Shown here: piece after piece, positions 31,661-45,285 of the stretch
Numbering within the stretch: the stretch's first letter is position 1
Layout: the number at the start of each line of letters is the position of its first letter
Assembly: GCA_012862495.1 (NCBI GenBank)
Contig: BLSG01000421.1
Coordinates: 169,065 to 233,064 of the forward strand
Direction of reading: 5' to 3'
Length of the DNA: 64,000 nt
From: Thraustochytrium aureum
Taxonomy: Eukaryota
Program-made: the position numbers and the translations under genes
Notes under the pieces: generated by a model
The model's database searches: none
What the model was told of the DNA's origin: nothing
What the model saw: only the letters and a program-made list of their open reading frames with translations

Positions 31661-34600
31661 CCGCTTTTGAAGAACAGCAACGCAGCGCTCGAATTGGTTC
31701 AAGTCTACAACCAAGGAAGACAGATCCTCCTTGCAACAACCAAACAGCCAAACAAACCGCCCCCACCCCCGCTGGCAGGGCTCTGTCGGACCGCGCACAC
31801 GGACGCTCGAGCAGGGCAAGAGCCTGCAGCGCCGCGTCGCAAGGAGGATCCTCCCTGACTGAGCCGAGCAAGCGCGGCAGGTCANNNNNNNNNNNNNNNN
31901 NNNNNNNNNNNNNNNNNNNNNNNNNNNNNNNNNNNNNNNNNNNNNNNNNNNNNNNNNNNNNNNNNNNNNNNNNNNNNNNNNNNNNNNNNNNNNNNNNNNN
32001 GCAACGCACAAGACAGGGGGAGAAGGGGGTGGGGTACAGTGCATTCGTGCGAAAGCCGCCCAGCACTCGTTGGCGGGTGTTGCTCTGCTGTGCGTTCTCG
32101 TGCCCGGAATTGCCGGAGACTGCAATCTTGCCTTCCTCTTTCCATCAGGTATGAATTGATCGGCTTTGCCCGTGCGCCCTCTCTGTGAGCGCCCGTGAGA
32201 GTTTGTCACCTTTCTGCCCTGGTGGCTCTATCGCTAGCCGACGCACACCGCGACTACAACTGGAGTCCGGCTCAGGGCCTTGCCGCCCAGTCGCAAAGAG
32301 ACAGCACTCACCAGGACCTGTTGCGCGGTGTCGCCAACGCGAAAACCGTGATCCGGCAACGCCAATTTTCGATTCCAACTCGGGCGTTGCCAGCGTCGAT
32401 CTCCTCCACTCGGCCGAGGACTGTCGAGCACCTACCTCCTTCCTCCCTCTTGCAGCCAGGCGTGTTGCGATGGTGATGGCGTGGGAAGAAACGAGCAAAC
32501 TGCCGCCACCGCCGCCGAGGAGGCCCGGATCCATTCGCAGTGCAAGCAGCGCCCGAAGCAGGCGGGCTGAATGGGATTCGACTTTCGAGGCAACTCGGCC
32601 GGAAGCAAAGCCAAGCTGAAGGTACTCGAGCAAGGTAAACTCGTGGTCACCGGTGGAGTAGGCTACTCGCCGGCCTGCGCGCGAGCGTTCGATGGTTGCC
32701 AGTGGTTGGTTGGTTGGAGTGCACCGGGCATGGCGGCGGGTCGGCTCGGCACAGCCACAGCTCCAACTGCGCCGCGTGAGACGGTGGGTTTGGGGATGGA
32801 GGTGCGAGTGAGCTTCCGCGTAGTCAGTAGAGCTCTCAGTAGCTCTCAAAACATGGAGGTCCTACCTCTAGCCTGCAGAGCTTGCAAGGCCAAAAGCGCA
32901 CGCACGACTCCCTGAATCCCCCCTGCTGCGCGACGAGCAAGCAGTGCGCTGCTAGAGCGCGCTCTCGGAAGCCACGATTTGACATCCGTCGGCCAACTTT
33001 GACGCAGCGTCGCCGGTCGGTTTCTGGCAACGACGCGCCTGCACGCGGTACGCACCTACCCGTGATAAGATGGCGTCGGAAAGAAGGATGCCGCGTCGTT
33101 CCGCGTGGCGGAGTGCGAGATGTGGTTTACATCCATCCTGCCCAACGGCCTTGGAGGGCTTGGCAGAGTATGCATGCAATCAACTGAGCAGAGCAGACCA
33201 ACCAGCGTGCTCAGCCTGGCTCAGCTCAATCTGTGCAAGCAATGTCAGTCACGCCCGAGTGACACGGAGGGCCGAGTGCGCGTTGTCTGTGCGATATCGT
33301 ATGAACGAGAGGCCGTGTTGTCGCTTGTTTTCTGCCGTCGTACCAAGGTGGGTCCGAGCCCAATTTGGTCGTACGTGCGTCTCGAGCTGGGAGTCCCGGA
33401 TGGCGAGTGCGGCGAGTCCACCGTTCATGATCTCAGGCACGGACAGAAGAGTGTGGAGCTTGCCGTTGTCGTGTGCAAGGAAGGAGGAAAGATGCGGTTG
33501 AGCTCTTGCTCTAGCAGTTGCAGCTCTCTTGCCTTGTCGCCGTGGATAGATAATGAGTCCGGCTCGTTCCTGCTTTTTGCTCATCCACCAACCTGCCCGC
33601 CCGCCGACCCGCCCGCAAGCGCTCGTCACCAGAGTCGATGGCCTTCGGTGAGGGCGACGCAATGAGGGAGGCAAGGTCGGTGTCGGCGTGAAACGCCTTG
33701 GCGCTTGCTTTCCAACGGCGCGGCGCGCAACAGGTGCAGTCGTCGCTTGGCGAGCTTGCTGAGCAACAAACGCGTATGTACAGAGAACGAGCGGGAGCGG
33801 GGCGGGCGGTTCATCACGCTACGCCACCTACTTACCACGGCCGCGGCCGCCGCCAATGCCTGCTGCTGCTGCCGTGCTGCCGCTGCAGCTGAGAAGAGCT
33901 CGTGAAAAGCACTTTAGACAGGCAAAGCCCTCCCCTCGCTTCCACATCGGCCCAGCATCATTCTTCCTGCCTGGCCTGCCCGACGGGCCACATGAGGATC
34001 ACGTCAGCAAGCGATGCCACCATGCAAGCGCGTGGAACGCACGCGCCAGACAGTTGCTCGGGCGACCAAAAGAATCAAGTTTCGTCGCAACCTGCCCCAT
34101 CTGCTCAACAAGCGTGCTGAGCACCCTCAGCATGATGCGGTCTCGGTCGCCATCAAGTCGAACGCCAACCACAGCCCTTGGGTGCCCGCTTGCGCAACGG
34201 CAGCTGGAGTGTCGTTCCTCCATCGACCGCCAGGGCGGGCGCTCGGCGTGCAGAGTCGCCAAGAAGTACCTAGCTAGCTAGAGTAGAGCAGCTGAAGCGC
34301 TACTTGAGGTGTGCAGCCAGCTTGCAGCAGAGCCGGGATTCTTTCGAATGGCTTCGTGCGTTTGGGCGGTGCGGCAGCGCGCCAGGAGGCGCCGCCTCCT
34401 GCTACACGCAGGTAGGTGCCTTGCCAAGCCCCTAGCTCTGGAGAGGCTGCAGCGCGGCAGGTAACGGCCGGCACGCGCGGGCGCCTGCCAAGGTTGAAGC
34501 GCCTCGGAGCTCGGGCTTCACATCGTGGGCTCCTGCGATTTTCACGGTTGCTCGGCTCCTGTTGGCGCCGGCAAGCAACAGGTGCCGGTGAGGTACCACC

Positions 34601-35761
34601 AGACGTGGTGGTTTAGGTCCCTTTCTGCCTTGAGGGCGCGTGATGAGGGCTTGGCGGCGTTGGCATCTTGGAGGTGGGAAACAATTTTTTTTTGCGTCGG
34701 CCCCACGCATCCTCAAGCCTGCCATTGCGCGCTGCAGTCCGACAACTCGCAAACGACACGGCCCGCGGCGCAGCAGCGACTCGACGCAGCGGCTAAATCC
34801 TGCCTCCCCTTCCTCCTCCCAGGTGTGAGGCTCAGTGCGACCGAAGGAGGGCAAGTACCTAACAGCAGTGGGCGGTTGCAGAGCTACCAACCTGGCACCG
34901 TGTGCTGATTTCCTTGGACACTCTCTACGCCCGGAGGGACGGGCTGCAATGGGGAACTTGGTACTTGACGATAGACTCTGGTCTCAATAGCGTTGTTGGC
35001 AGCCGTCGGCTGCAGCTCTGTGGACGCCGCGGCAGCCGTTGCTTTCTATTATTCCCCTACGGTCGGCTCCGCGGCGAATTGGGCGACTCAGCTCGTCGGA
35101 GGCAGCCGGCAGTGACGCTTCTTGCACCACAAGGGCTCGCCCGCCACACAGATCTTCTCCAATGGCCATCATCGAAGCGAGNNNNNNNNNNNNNNNNNNN
35201 NNNNNNNNNNNNNNNNNNNNNNNNNNNNNNNNNNNNNNNNNNNNNNNNNNNNNNNNNNNNNNNNNNNNNNNNNNNNNNNNNNNNNNNNNNNNNNNNNNNN
35301 NNNNNNNNNNNNNNNNNNNNNNNNNNNNNNNNNNNNNNNNNNNNNNNNNNNNNNNNNNNNNNNNNNNNNNNNNNNNNNNNNNNNNNNNNNNNNNNNNNNN
35401 NNNNNNNNNNNNNNNNNNNNNNNNNNNNNNNNNNNNNNNNNNNNNNNNNNNNNNNNNNNNNNNNNNNNNNNNNNNNNNNNNNNNNNNNNNNNNNNNNNNN
35501 NNNNNNNNNNNNNNNNNNNNNNNNNNNNNNNNNNNNNNNNNNNNNNNNNNNNNNNNNNNNNNNNNNNNNNNNNNNNNNNNNNNNNNNNNNNNNNNNNNNN
35601 NNNNNNNNNNNNNNNNNNNNNNNNNNNNNNNNNNNNNNNNNNNNNNNNNNNNNNNNNNNNNNNNNNNNNNNNNNNNNNNNNNNNNNNNNNNNNNNNNNNN
35701 NNNNNNNNNNNNNNNNNNNNNNNNNNNNNNNNNNNNNNNNNNNNNNNNNNNNNNNNNNNNN

Positions 35762-35840
35762 GTCGTTCTCAAGCTCGCGTTGCAACTCCAGCTCTTGTCG
35801 TTCTCAGGCTCGCGTTGCAACTCCAGCCCTCGTCATTTTC
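35762..35840. repeat. 35-bp tandem repeat (at least 2 copies; probably extends into the N-gap)
   Basis: GTCGTTCTCARGCTCGCGTTGCAACTCCAGCYCTY x2 plus a partial copy. Confidence 0.85.
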
Positions 35841-37062
35841 CTTGGGCTTTCTCAAGGATTCGACCGCGTGCCGAAAGGATCTGATGACGTTTGTGCGTCG
35901 CGAGCGCATCGGGAGTGAGTACGCCAGGGTGGCATCACCTTCCGCCAAGTCATGCTGGTTCAGCCTTGCCGTGGAGCAGCAGACCCGCGACGACCCCAAC
36001 CAGCACTGTACTCAAAAGCAATCATCGCAAGTAGACCGCGAGTACATCGCCCGTGCCTCGCCCGATCCTCATCACAAGGAAAGTTGCCGGCTGGGAACGT
36101 CGCTCGAGCTTTCTTGTCGTGTTTTGCCGCACGCTTCCGCACAATACCGTCGGCTCTTACAGACACAACTGTTCGCTCTATCCGTTATGGATCGCCCGGG
36201 TGCCCTCTAGCGGGCCATCATGAATCCAGGTCTCACCTCGACCTCCTGTCCTGTAGGCCAAGGACTATTTTGTGATGTTTCGAGTGTCGAGTAGGTGCCG
36301 GTACCGGTACCAGTACTTGCGCGGCCTCGGGTCGCACCGAGGTCGCACCGAGGCGACAGGGTCGGATAGGTAGGTAATCCTTCGACAGACGCAGACGGAG
36401 ACAGAGGATGGCCACGGGTCGGTCCGCTAACCGCATGGCACCGCATGGCAGACAGGAACTCGAAGCGGCACTTGAGAACTGTGGTTGATTCTTCGCCCAA
36501 CTCGGAAAACAAACAGCTTCGAACGGCCTCCAAGCGACGCAACGACCACCGCGACCATGAACGAGACCAGATCATCATCATCATCATCGTCATCGTCATC
36601 ATCAGCCGCACGAGCAGCTCAATGCCTTGTCAACAGCATCAGCCCGCGCCTGCGGCGCCACCGCCGAGGGATGTGTCGCACTCGTTCCCGCTCTTGCAGC
36701 CGATCCTCGCCTCAATGAACCCTATCCACTGGAAAACTGTGTGTTTTGTCCTCTATAGATTCGTTTTCCATGAAAATAAATGCCCGGGGCAGTGCAAGTC
36801 CACTCGATGTACCCCTCCTGCTCCAGCGAGAGGCAGACCCCGAGCGAGCTCGAGCGGGCGAGGAGGAGAAGGCTGACGCAGGACGCGTAGCTTGCGAGTA
36901 GCGCAGACTCGAGGCACTGACGCTTCGTCGCCGTGCGAGAGACGCTGCGGCGCCACGGGCTTCGGTCCGGAGCTGCCGTCGACGTGGCGCTGAAATCGCC
37001 AACGCCGTGGACGTGGAATCCTCGAGGACGCGGCGGCGGGTGTTGCTGCTGGCGCCAGCCCG

Positions 37063-39548
37063 ATGGAAGAGGATGGGGCGGGCCGCTGCGTGGGGGGCCA
37101 AGGGGCTGGCGATATACAGGTAGAATTGGCGAACGCGGCCCCCGTGAGCGTTCGCCCTGCCGACCGTCCCGTGAGACCCGGGCAAGCCGCGAACGAAGCG
37201 GCTGGCGACGACGCTGAGGAAGACGCTGACGAATCGGACTTGAACTTGGAAGCGGAAAGCTTTGACGGCTCAAGCATTGGCGTGGTTAGCGACTCCAGTG
37301 GAGCAGGCTCCTCTTTGCAGGCGCACAGGGTCGGCTCCTCGTCGCAGGCGTCGCCCGGGCGCAGACGCCACTTTCCCCGGCTGAACGTCAACGTCCTGTC
37401 CGGGATCAAGAATGCTGGCAAGGCACTGCTGGGGCACGGGAACAAGAACGCTGGCAAGGCGCTGCTGGGACAGGACGCGGAGGCATCGAGCCAAGCAGAC
37501 CTCTTCCACCAAGACCCGGACATGAGCGCTTCGCAAGTACCACTGGACATCCCGCCCGCCGGCCCGTCGTACTACGCAATGGCGGAGGCCGCCTTGGGGG
37601 ACTCGGAGAGACTCCGCCACCGAATGTGGACCGAGACACTCGCGCTGGCTCGGCTGCGGCTTCGCACTCGAACAGCTTGCCAGAGGGCTGCATTCTCGTC
37701 CCCTACACAGTGAACGCAGGCGAGACGATCGCCGGCATCTCAATGAAGCACAACATGAGCACTGGGCAGTTCTGCCGTCTCAACAGTCTCTACGGAGGGG
37801 CGCTCTACATGGGCCAGGTCGTTTTTGTTGTTGTACCGCGGGAGGACGCCGAGAAAACCTGCAATCAAATGGCAAAAGAGCGGTCAGCTAGCACGGACGC
37901 AACGGTGCACCGGCGCAAGAGTGCCCTGGGCGGGCAGTTCTTCGACCCGCTCATCTTGGTGGACCGCAAGATCCATGTTGCGGGCACGGTCGAAGTCAAC
38001 TTTATGTACATGGAGTTCCGCCCCGAGCGATTCCTACGATCCGCGCATGGTGCCCAACCTTTGAATGCCTCCAAGGAGGCCCGCGCGCTGCTCAAGAGGT
38101 ATGCCTTTCGTCTCGACTGGCGCGATGTCGACGGCTGCAGACCATCAGAGCGCCTCGCAGAGACAAGACCGCAAAAGGGTACAGCACCTGCGGTTCGCGA
38201 CGGCCCAAGCAACTCTCTCGACGCGCTCGACTTTCTCGAGCCAGCCCCAGCACCTGCCCCAGCACCTGCCCCAGCGTTGGAAGCAACCCGCCCTGCGGAA
38301 TCGTCCCCTGGGTCTCCAGATTGCCCCAAGGATCCCGTGCAGGCCCTCGAGGATTTTCAGTACAGCATCGAGGTCATGTGGTCGTCAAGAGAAAACGGGT
38401 TTGCCTCCCCAAGCCCCATTACGCTGCGCTGCGACTCGCTCGATCTCTGCTCGAGTGCGAGCAGCGCGATTTTCGACGCAGTGCAAGCACACCGGAAAAA
38501 GTCGCTCCGGTACAAACTGCAAATGAAGGAAGAGGCGGAAAGCGTCACCTCCGGCGGCCTCATCACAGGCCTCTTGTACAAACCAGACTGTACGCCATCA
38601 GCACCTATGGCCGAGCCCACTTCTCCTCAAGACGCGACGCCCTCCCACCGTGGGCTCCTAGGTCGGTTGCACGCAACGCGCTCGTTTAGGGCCGACCTCG
38701 TCCAGCATGCCCTCATGAACGGCGAGATTTCGGAAAAAGAGGCCAAGGAGCTTCGTCGCAAAAACGAGATTGTCCTAGAGAAGATGGCATCGCTTGACCA
38801 AGAGCGCGCTGCTCAACAAGCAGCCGCCGCCGAGGATGACGATAGGTGGCGAACCCGCAACCCGTTCGCGAGCGCCCCCTTGGAGACCCCCCCCGTGCAG
38901 GAATCGCCTCGCAACCCGTACCTCTTGACGCCGCGGCGCGAACCGCCCAAGTTCACTGGCAGGCCCTCCAAGATTTTGGGAAGCCCCGCGCTCCTCACGG
39001 AGATTGTTGCCGAGCTCCCAGAGGCACTGCAGGCGGCAAACTGGGTCGTGCTCTACGACTTTCTCGAATGCGGCGCTGCTCTCAAAGTTCTTTACGATCG
39101 CATCAAGCATCACGACAACACCCTTCTCCTGATCGAAACCAGGTCAGGGGACGTTTTTGGGGCCTTTGCCACAGAGGTCTGGACGATGACGCGGGCCCGC
39201 GAATACTATGGCACAGCGGAAAGCTTTGTATTTGCGCTCAAGCCGGACCTCAAGGTGTTTCCTTGGTCTGGCGCGAACGACTTGATCATGTCGAGCAGTA
39301 GCACGCACCTGGGTATGGGCGCGGGCGGCGAGTTTGCCTTTTGTCTCGACGAGGACTTGGACCGCGGCACCAGCGGCCCCTGCGCGACGTTCGGGACGAC
39401 TGAACCGCTCACATCTGAGCCCACCTTTCGCGTGGCCGAGCTGGAGGTCATTGGGTTTCAGCATCCCCACCGCCGGAGTTTTGACAGCGAGGGCGACGCG
39501 ACGAGCACGGCCTCGCTCTTCCGAACGAATGGCATCAACTTTCGCTAG
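37063..39548 (+). CDS. OXR1: LysM + GRAM-like + TLDc protein (OXR1/NCOA7 family; frameshift near 37625)
   Basis: YTVNAGETIAGISMKHNMSTGQFCRLNSL (LysM); WVVLY...LLLIET..GDVFGAF...YYGTAESFVF...WSGAN...LDEDLDRGTSGPCATFG (TLDc). Confidence 0.88.
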
Positions 39549-40105
39549 CTCGACCTTGCGAGCATGATTTCTGGATGCCCATGACCAAAACAATCAACTG
39601 CCGCAGGGCAGGCAGCGAGCGACCTTTTCGGCTGCGATTGAGCTGGAGCCGCCCGCAGCGCGTCCTTGGCGCCGACTGGACGAGGAGCAAATGTCCGTGG
39701 TATGCGAAAATTTTGAAAAAGGTGCTTTTTATTCCTTCCATTAGAGNNNNNNNNNNNNNNNNNNNNNNNNNNNNNNNNNNNNNNNNNNNNNNNNNNNNNN
39801 NNNNNNNNNNNNNNNNNNNNNNNNNNNNNNNNNNNNNNNNNNNNNNNNNNNNNNNNNNNNNNNNNNNNNNNNNNNNNNNNNNNNNNNNNNNNNNNNNNNN
39901 NNNNNNNNNNNNNNNNNNNNNNNNNNNNNNNNNNNNNNNNNNNNNNNNNNNNNNNNNNNNNNNNNNNNNNNNNNNNNNNNNNNNNNNNNNNNNNNNACAA
40001 TGCAGGCTTGCTGGAGCGAGCGCAGCGCTCCCGGCCCGCGCAGGCGCTCGCAAGCGCGGCGCATCGGCCGCGCAAGAAGGAGGCGCCAACGGCGGAGGTC
40101 TGAAG

Positions 40106-41601
40106 CTACTCCGAGCCACAATGGTTAAAGTAACCAAGTATGTCCTTGATGAACACCCCCCAGACGACCTGCACAACCACCTCGCTGAGGATGAGCCAAA
40201 TAATAATCCACTCGAGCTTGGAGGCGTGCTGGTTCTCCACCTGGCTCGCCAGAACGTCGAGCAGCTCGCGCACGCAGTCCAGGCGCTTGTTCAGGATCTC
40301 GTGGCGCTCGTCCTGCTCCATGTAGTTGGCCATGCGCTTGTAAACCGGCTCCCACTCGTCGTTCTCCCAGAAGAACTCTGGCGTCGTGATCAGGTCCGAC
40401 TCCAGGTTGATCATGTTCCGCTCCATAAACAGGCGGCCAATCTCCTTGGAAATCTCCTCCTGCGACATGTGGATCTTGCCGTGCTTGGCAAGAGCCAAGG
40501 GGATGTGCTCGTTCCTCTCGATAATCTGGTCCAGGCGAAACTCGTACAACGACAGAAGGCTAGACTGCGCAAAGGCGAACGAGACGGCCAGCCGTTCGAT
40601 AGGGTCGTTCGAGCACAGCTCAATCGTATCGTGTTTGACCGCAGACTTTTTGCCATACCAGTACTCGAGGTCGTCGGCGGCGGACTCGGCCGCATCCATC
40701 TCGTACACCTGTCGGCAGTGCGGCAGGATGGAGCGAACGAACAGGCCTTCCGTCTCGGGCCCTTCCCAGTTCCAGAACACGAGGCACCCGAACCCAAAGA
40801 GGAAAACCTCGCGAAAACCGTCTCGCTCATTGAGCGCGCGACGCTCTTCCTCAAACTCCTCGTCATCGAGGTCCGAGTGCTCGCGGCGCAAATTTGTTTC
40901 GGCAATGCGGCTAGGGGCAGCCTCGTCGCCGGCGCGGGTTGCCGCGCCAGCCGCGCTCGCGCCGCCAGCCGCGGCCGAGCTCGGCGGCGTGGTGCTTCCC
41001 ATCGGCCGGCTGGCAAAGGCCTCGCTGCCGCCTTCGCTGCGCATCGGGGGCTGCTGGAGGTGGAGGACGTCGAAGAAGATCGAGGCGGTCCAGCTCGTGC
41101 TCTCCAGCGTCTCGCGCGGGTGCACGCGCCCCCCGACAAGCGGGCTCGCGCGGTCGTGCGCGACGTGGATCGTGGGGACGATTGTCGTCTTGTTGGTCTC
41201 GAAACTAAAGCTCTCGTTACCGGCATCGCGCGACTGGCGTCGCCGTGCGCTTGCCTGACGGCCGTCATCCTGGCATAGACCTCGTCGAGGTCGATCTCGT
41301 TCGAGGGGCAGTAAACGGCCACACGCCGCGTGCTGACCTCCTCTTCAAAGTCTGCCGCAATGCGACGAAACTTGCCCTTGACGCGGCGAGGGATCTTGCG
41401 CGGCAGCTTTGTAACCATGCCGGCGCGGGACTGGGCCGGGAACCGGGCGCGCGAGGGGATCATCGGCAGTCGCCGCTCGATCTTGTTGGACTTTGACTTG
41501 TAGCGCAAAAGCCGCTCGTCTTCGCTCAGGGCCCCGTCGCTGTGGTACTGTCCCGCCGTACCGCGTTGAAGAGGCCGGGACGTACTTTTCTGAAGCTTCT
41601 G
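40106..41601 (-). CDS. RMD1: RMD1/RMND1 (DUF155) family protein (5' end in gap; frameshift near 41260)
   Basis: RRVAVYC, VFLFGFGCLVFWN, SFAFAQS..LS.YE, TPEFFWE, ILNKRLD, KLEWIIIWLI. Confidence 0.9.
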
Positions 41602-42644
41602 NNNNNNNNNNNNNNNNNNNNNNNNNNNNNNNNNNNNNNNNNNNNNNNNNNNNNNNNNNNNNNNNNNNNNNNNNNNNNNNNNNNNNNNNNNNNNNNNNNN
41701 NNNNNNNNNNNNNNNNNNNNNNNNNNNNNNNNNNNNNNNNNNNNNNNNNNNNNNNNNNNNNNNNNNNNNNNNNNNNNNNNNNNNNNNNNNNNNNNNNNNN
41801 NNNNNNNNNNNNNNNNNNNNNNNNNNNNNNNNNNNNNNNNNNNNNNNNNNNNNNNNNNNNNNNNNNNNNNNNNNNNNNNNNNNNNNNNNNNNNNNNNNNN
41901 NNNNNNNNNNNNNNNNNNNNNNNNNNNNNNNNNNNNNNNNNNNNNNNNNNNNNNNNNNNNNNNNNNNNNNNNNNNNNNNNNNNNNNNNNNNNNNNNNNNN
42001 NNNNNNNNNNNNNNNNNNNNNNNNNNNNNNNNNNNNNNNNNNNNNNNNNNNGTCTGCTCTGCTCTGCTGCTGCTCCGCTCTGCTGCTGCCCTGCTCTTGC
42101 TCGCTGTTCGCGTTCGGTGTCTGCTGCCTGCTCACAGCCTCGCCAATCACCCAATCTTCCTCCCTCCCGACAGTATCTGAAGGCCAAGCGCGTGACTTAT
42201 GATGCAGGGCGCGGTGCGGACTTAGTGCAACGTTATCGAAAGGCCTTTGTGGGTTGAAGAATGGGTCTCATGTCATGCTCTTTGCGCGATGGTGACGAGA
42301 GGCCAAGTTGATGAGAAGTGAAAGGTGAAGGGGCGTTGGTTGAGCGACGGTGACGGGCGGCCAAGTTTGTGGCTGAGGAAACAAGGTGGAGGAGGCCTAA
42401 CTACCTGCATGTCGAGGACGCCTGGCTGAGCAGACCTGCTGCGGACGCGCTGTGCTCGGCCGCTCGGCCTGGCCGCCGGAGGACAAGCTCGTTGTGCGGT
42501 AGGCCTATGGTCGCGCGCGGAACGTGCCGGACAGCCAGGGTTCTGCTTGTCGCGCGCGTTGTCGAGCAGCAAGAATTCGCTTTCGAAAAAAACGAGGCCA
42601 CGGCACGCCGCTCCTGGCGCTGCCAAGTCTAGCGGGCAGGCAAG

Positions 42645-44988
42645 ATGCCGCGAAAAACGGACCAGTACACGCATGGCCAGTTTCAGGTCGCTGGCGATTC
42701 GTTTGAGTGCAAGCACTGCAAGAAAAAGATGAAGGGCACCGCTCTTATGCGACGCCGAGTCCACCTGTCAAAGTGCGAGCCGTACAAGCAGGAAACGGGG
42801 CTGGTCCAGTTCGCTCAAAAGCTGCGCGAGTGGAAGCTCAGCTCGACCGAGGAAGATGCCAGCTCAAAGGCTCAAGCCAAGAAAGGTGGACTGTTCCAGA
42901 ACGCATCAATTGCGCCCAAGGACTCGAGCGGCCGCCAGTTGAACGCAGCAAACCCGAGCGTGCGCGCAAGCCCCTTCGTGAGCCCCCCAAGCATGCGAAA
43001 ACACAGCAAGCATGCGCGAGATGTCGCGTCTGGCGGTTGGCAAACCTGGTCGAAGCGCCATCGGCGGGCGAGCTCGATCAGTGGCTCCAGCGCGGGGGGC
43101 TCGGTCGAATCTGTCGCGATGGTGAAACTGCAGAGCGCCGAGGAGCGCCTCTCAGACCACGAGGCCGATGCCCTCAGTTTTGCCTTGGCCAAGTTTGTTC
43201 ACTTGTCAGGGCTAAGTTTCGACACGTTTGCGACGCGGTCGGGCAAAGATTTGGTCGAGGCGCTGCGCCCGGCCTACGCTGACAAGGGCATCGTGAGCGC
43301 CGAAGATATTGGCGGGACATTTCTTGTCAGGCACGATGACGCTGTAAGAAACCGGTCCAGAGAGCAGCTCGCTGGCATATCTGTGGGGATTTCTATGGCT
43401 GGGTGGGCAGCCACAGACCAGGCCTTGAGCGAAGAACAAGCCAGCCGGCCGCTCAACCTGATGGTGTGCAAGCCATTCCCGCTGCTGTTGCGCCACTTTC
43501 AGCCGCAGCCCGACCAGGACGACGTGCAAAACCTAGGCGCGGCGCTCAAGTTTGCTTTGGAGGAGATCAAGGGAATCAACGGCAACGATGCGCTGCCCCC
43601 TGTGGTCGGCGTGTGCTCGGACAGCCCCGCGACGCACCGTGTCGTGCGCGGCTTGGTGGGCCGCGTGGACGGCGGGCCTGGTTGCGTACGGCTGCGCCTG
43701 CCACACACTCGGCAAGCACATTCAGGACTTGGCGCAGTTCGGCTGCATCGACAAGGTGCTCGAACAGGTCAGCGCTGCGAGCTGGGTCTTGTCGCATGTT
43801 GGCTCCGCAAGGGACGCGCTGCGTGCCGCGCAGCTTGCCGAGTACGGCTCGCTCCGCAAGCTGCCGGCGTTCGACGTCTCGCGCGGCGACGGCATCTTTC
43901 TTGCCCTACGCGCCATCGTTCGAAACAAGTCTGCGCTGCTTCACGTTCTGGCCAAGTGCAAAACGGACCCGCAGTTTCGCGCTGAGCTCGACCTCGAGAG
44001 CCAGTATGGCCCCAACAGCACCAACAAGGCCGGCATGAACGGCGAGCCCGTCCACGTTGCCGCGCTTCTTGACGACCGGGCCTTCTGGCGCCGCGCGGAG
44101 GCCTGCGCTCAGCTCTTCGCGCCGACCTACTTTTGGATCCAGCGCCTCAAAGTCGACGGCGCAGCAATCTCCCTGGTCCCGGCCGCCTTTCTCCAGCTCT
44201 TTCGCTTGTACAAAGCGCTGAGCGCGACGCCAAGCAACGCCCAGGCACGCTCTGCAGCTGACCAGTCGCATGCTGAGCTGCTCGAAAGCCTGGGGCTCGG
44301 ACCTGACCTTTTCGACGACTCCATTGAGGACCCCGCGCAGACCCAGCGGGGCGATACTGCTCCGAGCCTGCTGCGCAAGCGCTGGTGCGAGCTTGCTGGC
44401 TACTCGAGCAAGACGTCCTCGAGGTCCTCGATGATGTCCAACATTTTCCAGCTCGCGCTCACTCTCGACCCCCTAACGCTGCCCTTTCGCGAGCTCGCGG
44501 AGGACGAGGGCCTTTTCCTGGACGACACCAAGGGCATCGGTGCGCACGCGATGGAGGGGCTCTACTTTGTGATGCAGCGTCTTGGCCTCGAGGAGGGCAG
44601 CGCCGCGTGGGGGGGGATGAAGGGTGAGCTCATCGCGAAACTCGTGCAAATTGGCGCTTCAAAGGCCGGGAGCGCCTCTGCGTTGGAGAGCCCGTTCGTC
44701 CATGCAGCTACGACGGACTGGCGGCTGAAAAAGGTCATTCTTGTCGTGTTCCGCCTGCCAGCCTCCGCTGCTGCCGGCGACGATGCGCTGCGCAACGTCG
44801 TCGGAAGCAGCGCCGAGGCGCAGGCCTCCGGCGCTCTGAGCCCGGCGCAGGCAGAGGTGCTCGCCCGCATTCGATTCAACACCACGCAGCTCAACAAGGA
44901 CGGCAGCGCCGTGGAGGGCGGCGGGCGCACGGAAGAGCTGCGCGCTCGCCTCTACTCGGCGCACGTTGATTCCTTCCCGGTGATGTGA
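42645..44988 (+). CDS. BED zinc finger + hAT-transposase-derived protein, probably catalytically inactive (frameshift near 43675)
   Basis: CKHC...HLSKC (BED); AGW, VCSDS, CACH, FW...LF.P, LDP, PASAA, LARIRFN hAT motifs in the expected order. Confidence 0.8.
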
Positions 44989-45285
44989 CGGCCTTTCCTT
45001 CCAAAGAAAACCATCGAATACTCTTTCACTTACCGTGGTGGCTGCTGCTCTGCCTGCTCTGCTCGCGCAAGTCCTTCGCGCCAGCCCGAAGTCCGCGTCG
45101 CTGTGGTCGTGCTCGCGCGGCCTGTTCATTGTTCGCAGGCTCATCAGCGCATCGTCGTTGTCCTGCTGTCCACCCGCCGCGCAAGAGGCAGCCTGGCCAG
45201 GGCAAGTCGCCAGTGCCTGCGGCGGGCGCCGGGTCCAGTCCCTACGCTCCGGTGCTGTCGGGCCGTGCGCGGCGCCCGAGGAGTC

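Noticed and set aside
35762..35840. 35-bp repeat with GTTGCAAC palindrome as a CRISPR repeat
   Set aside because: Head-to-tail copies without spacers; an ordinary minisatellite.
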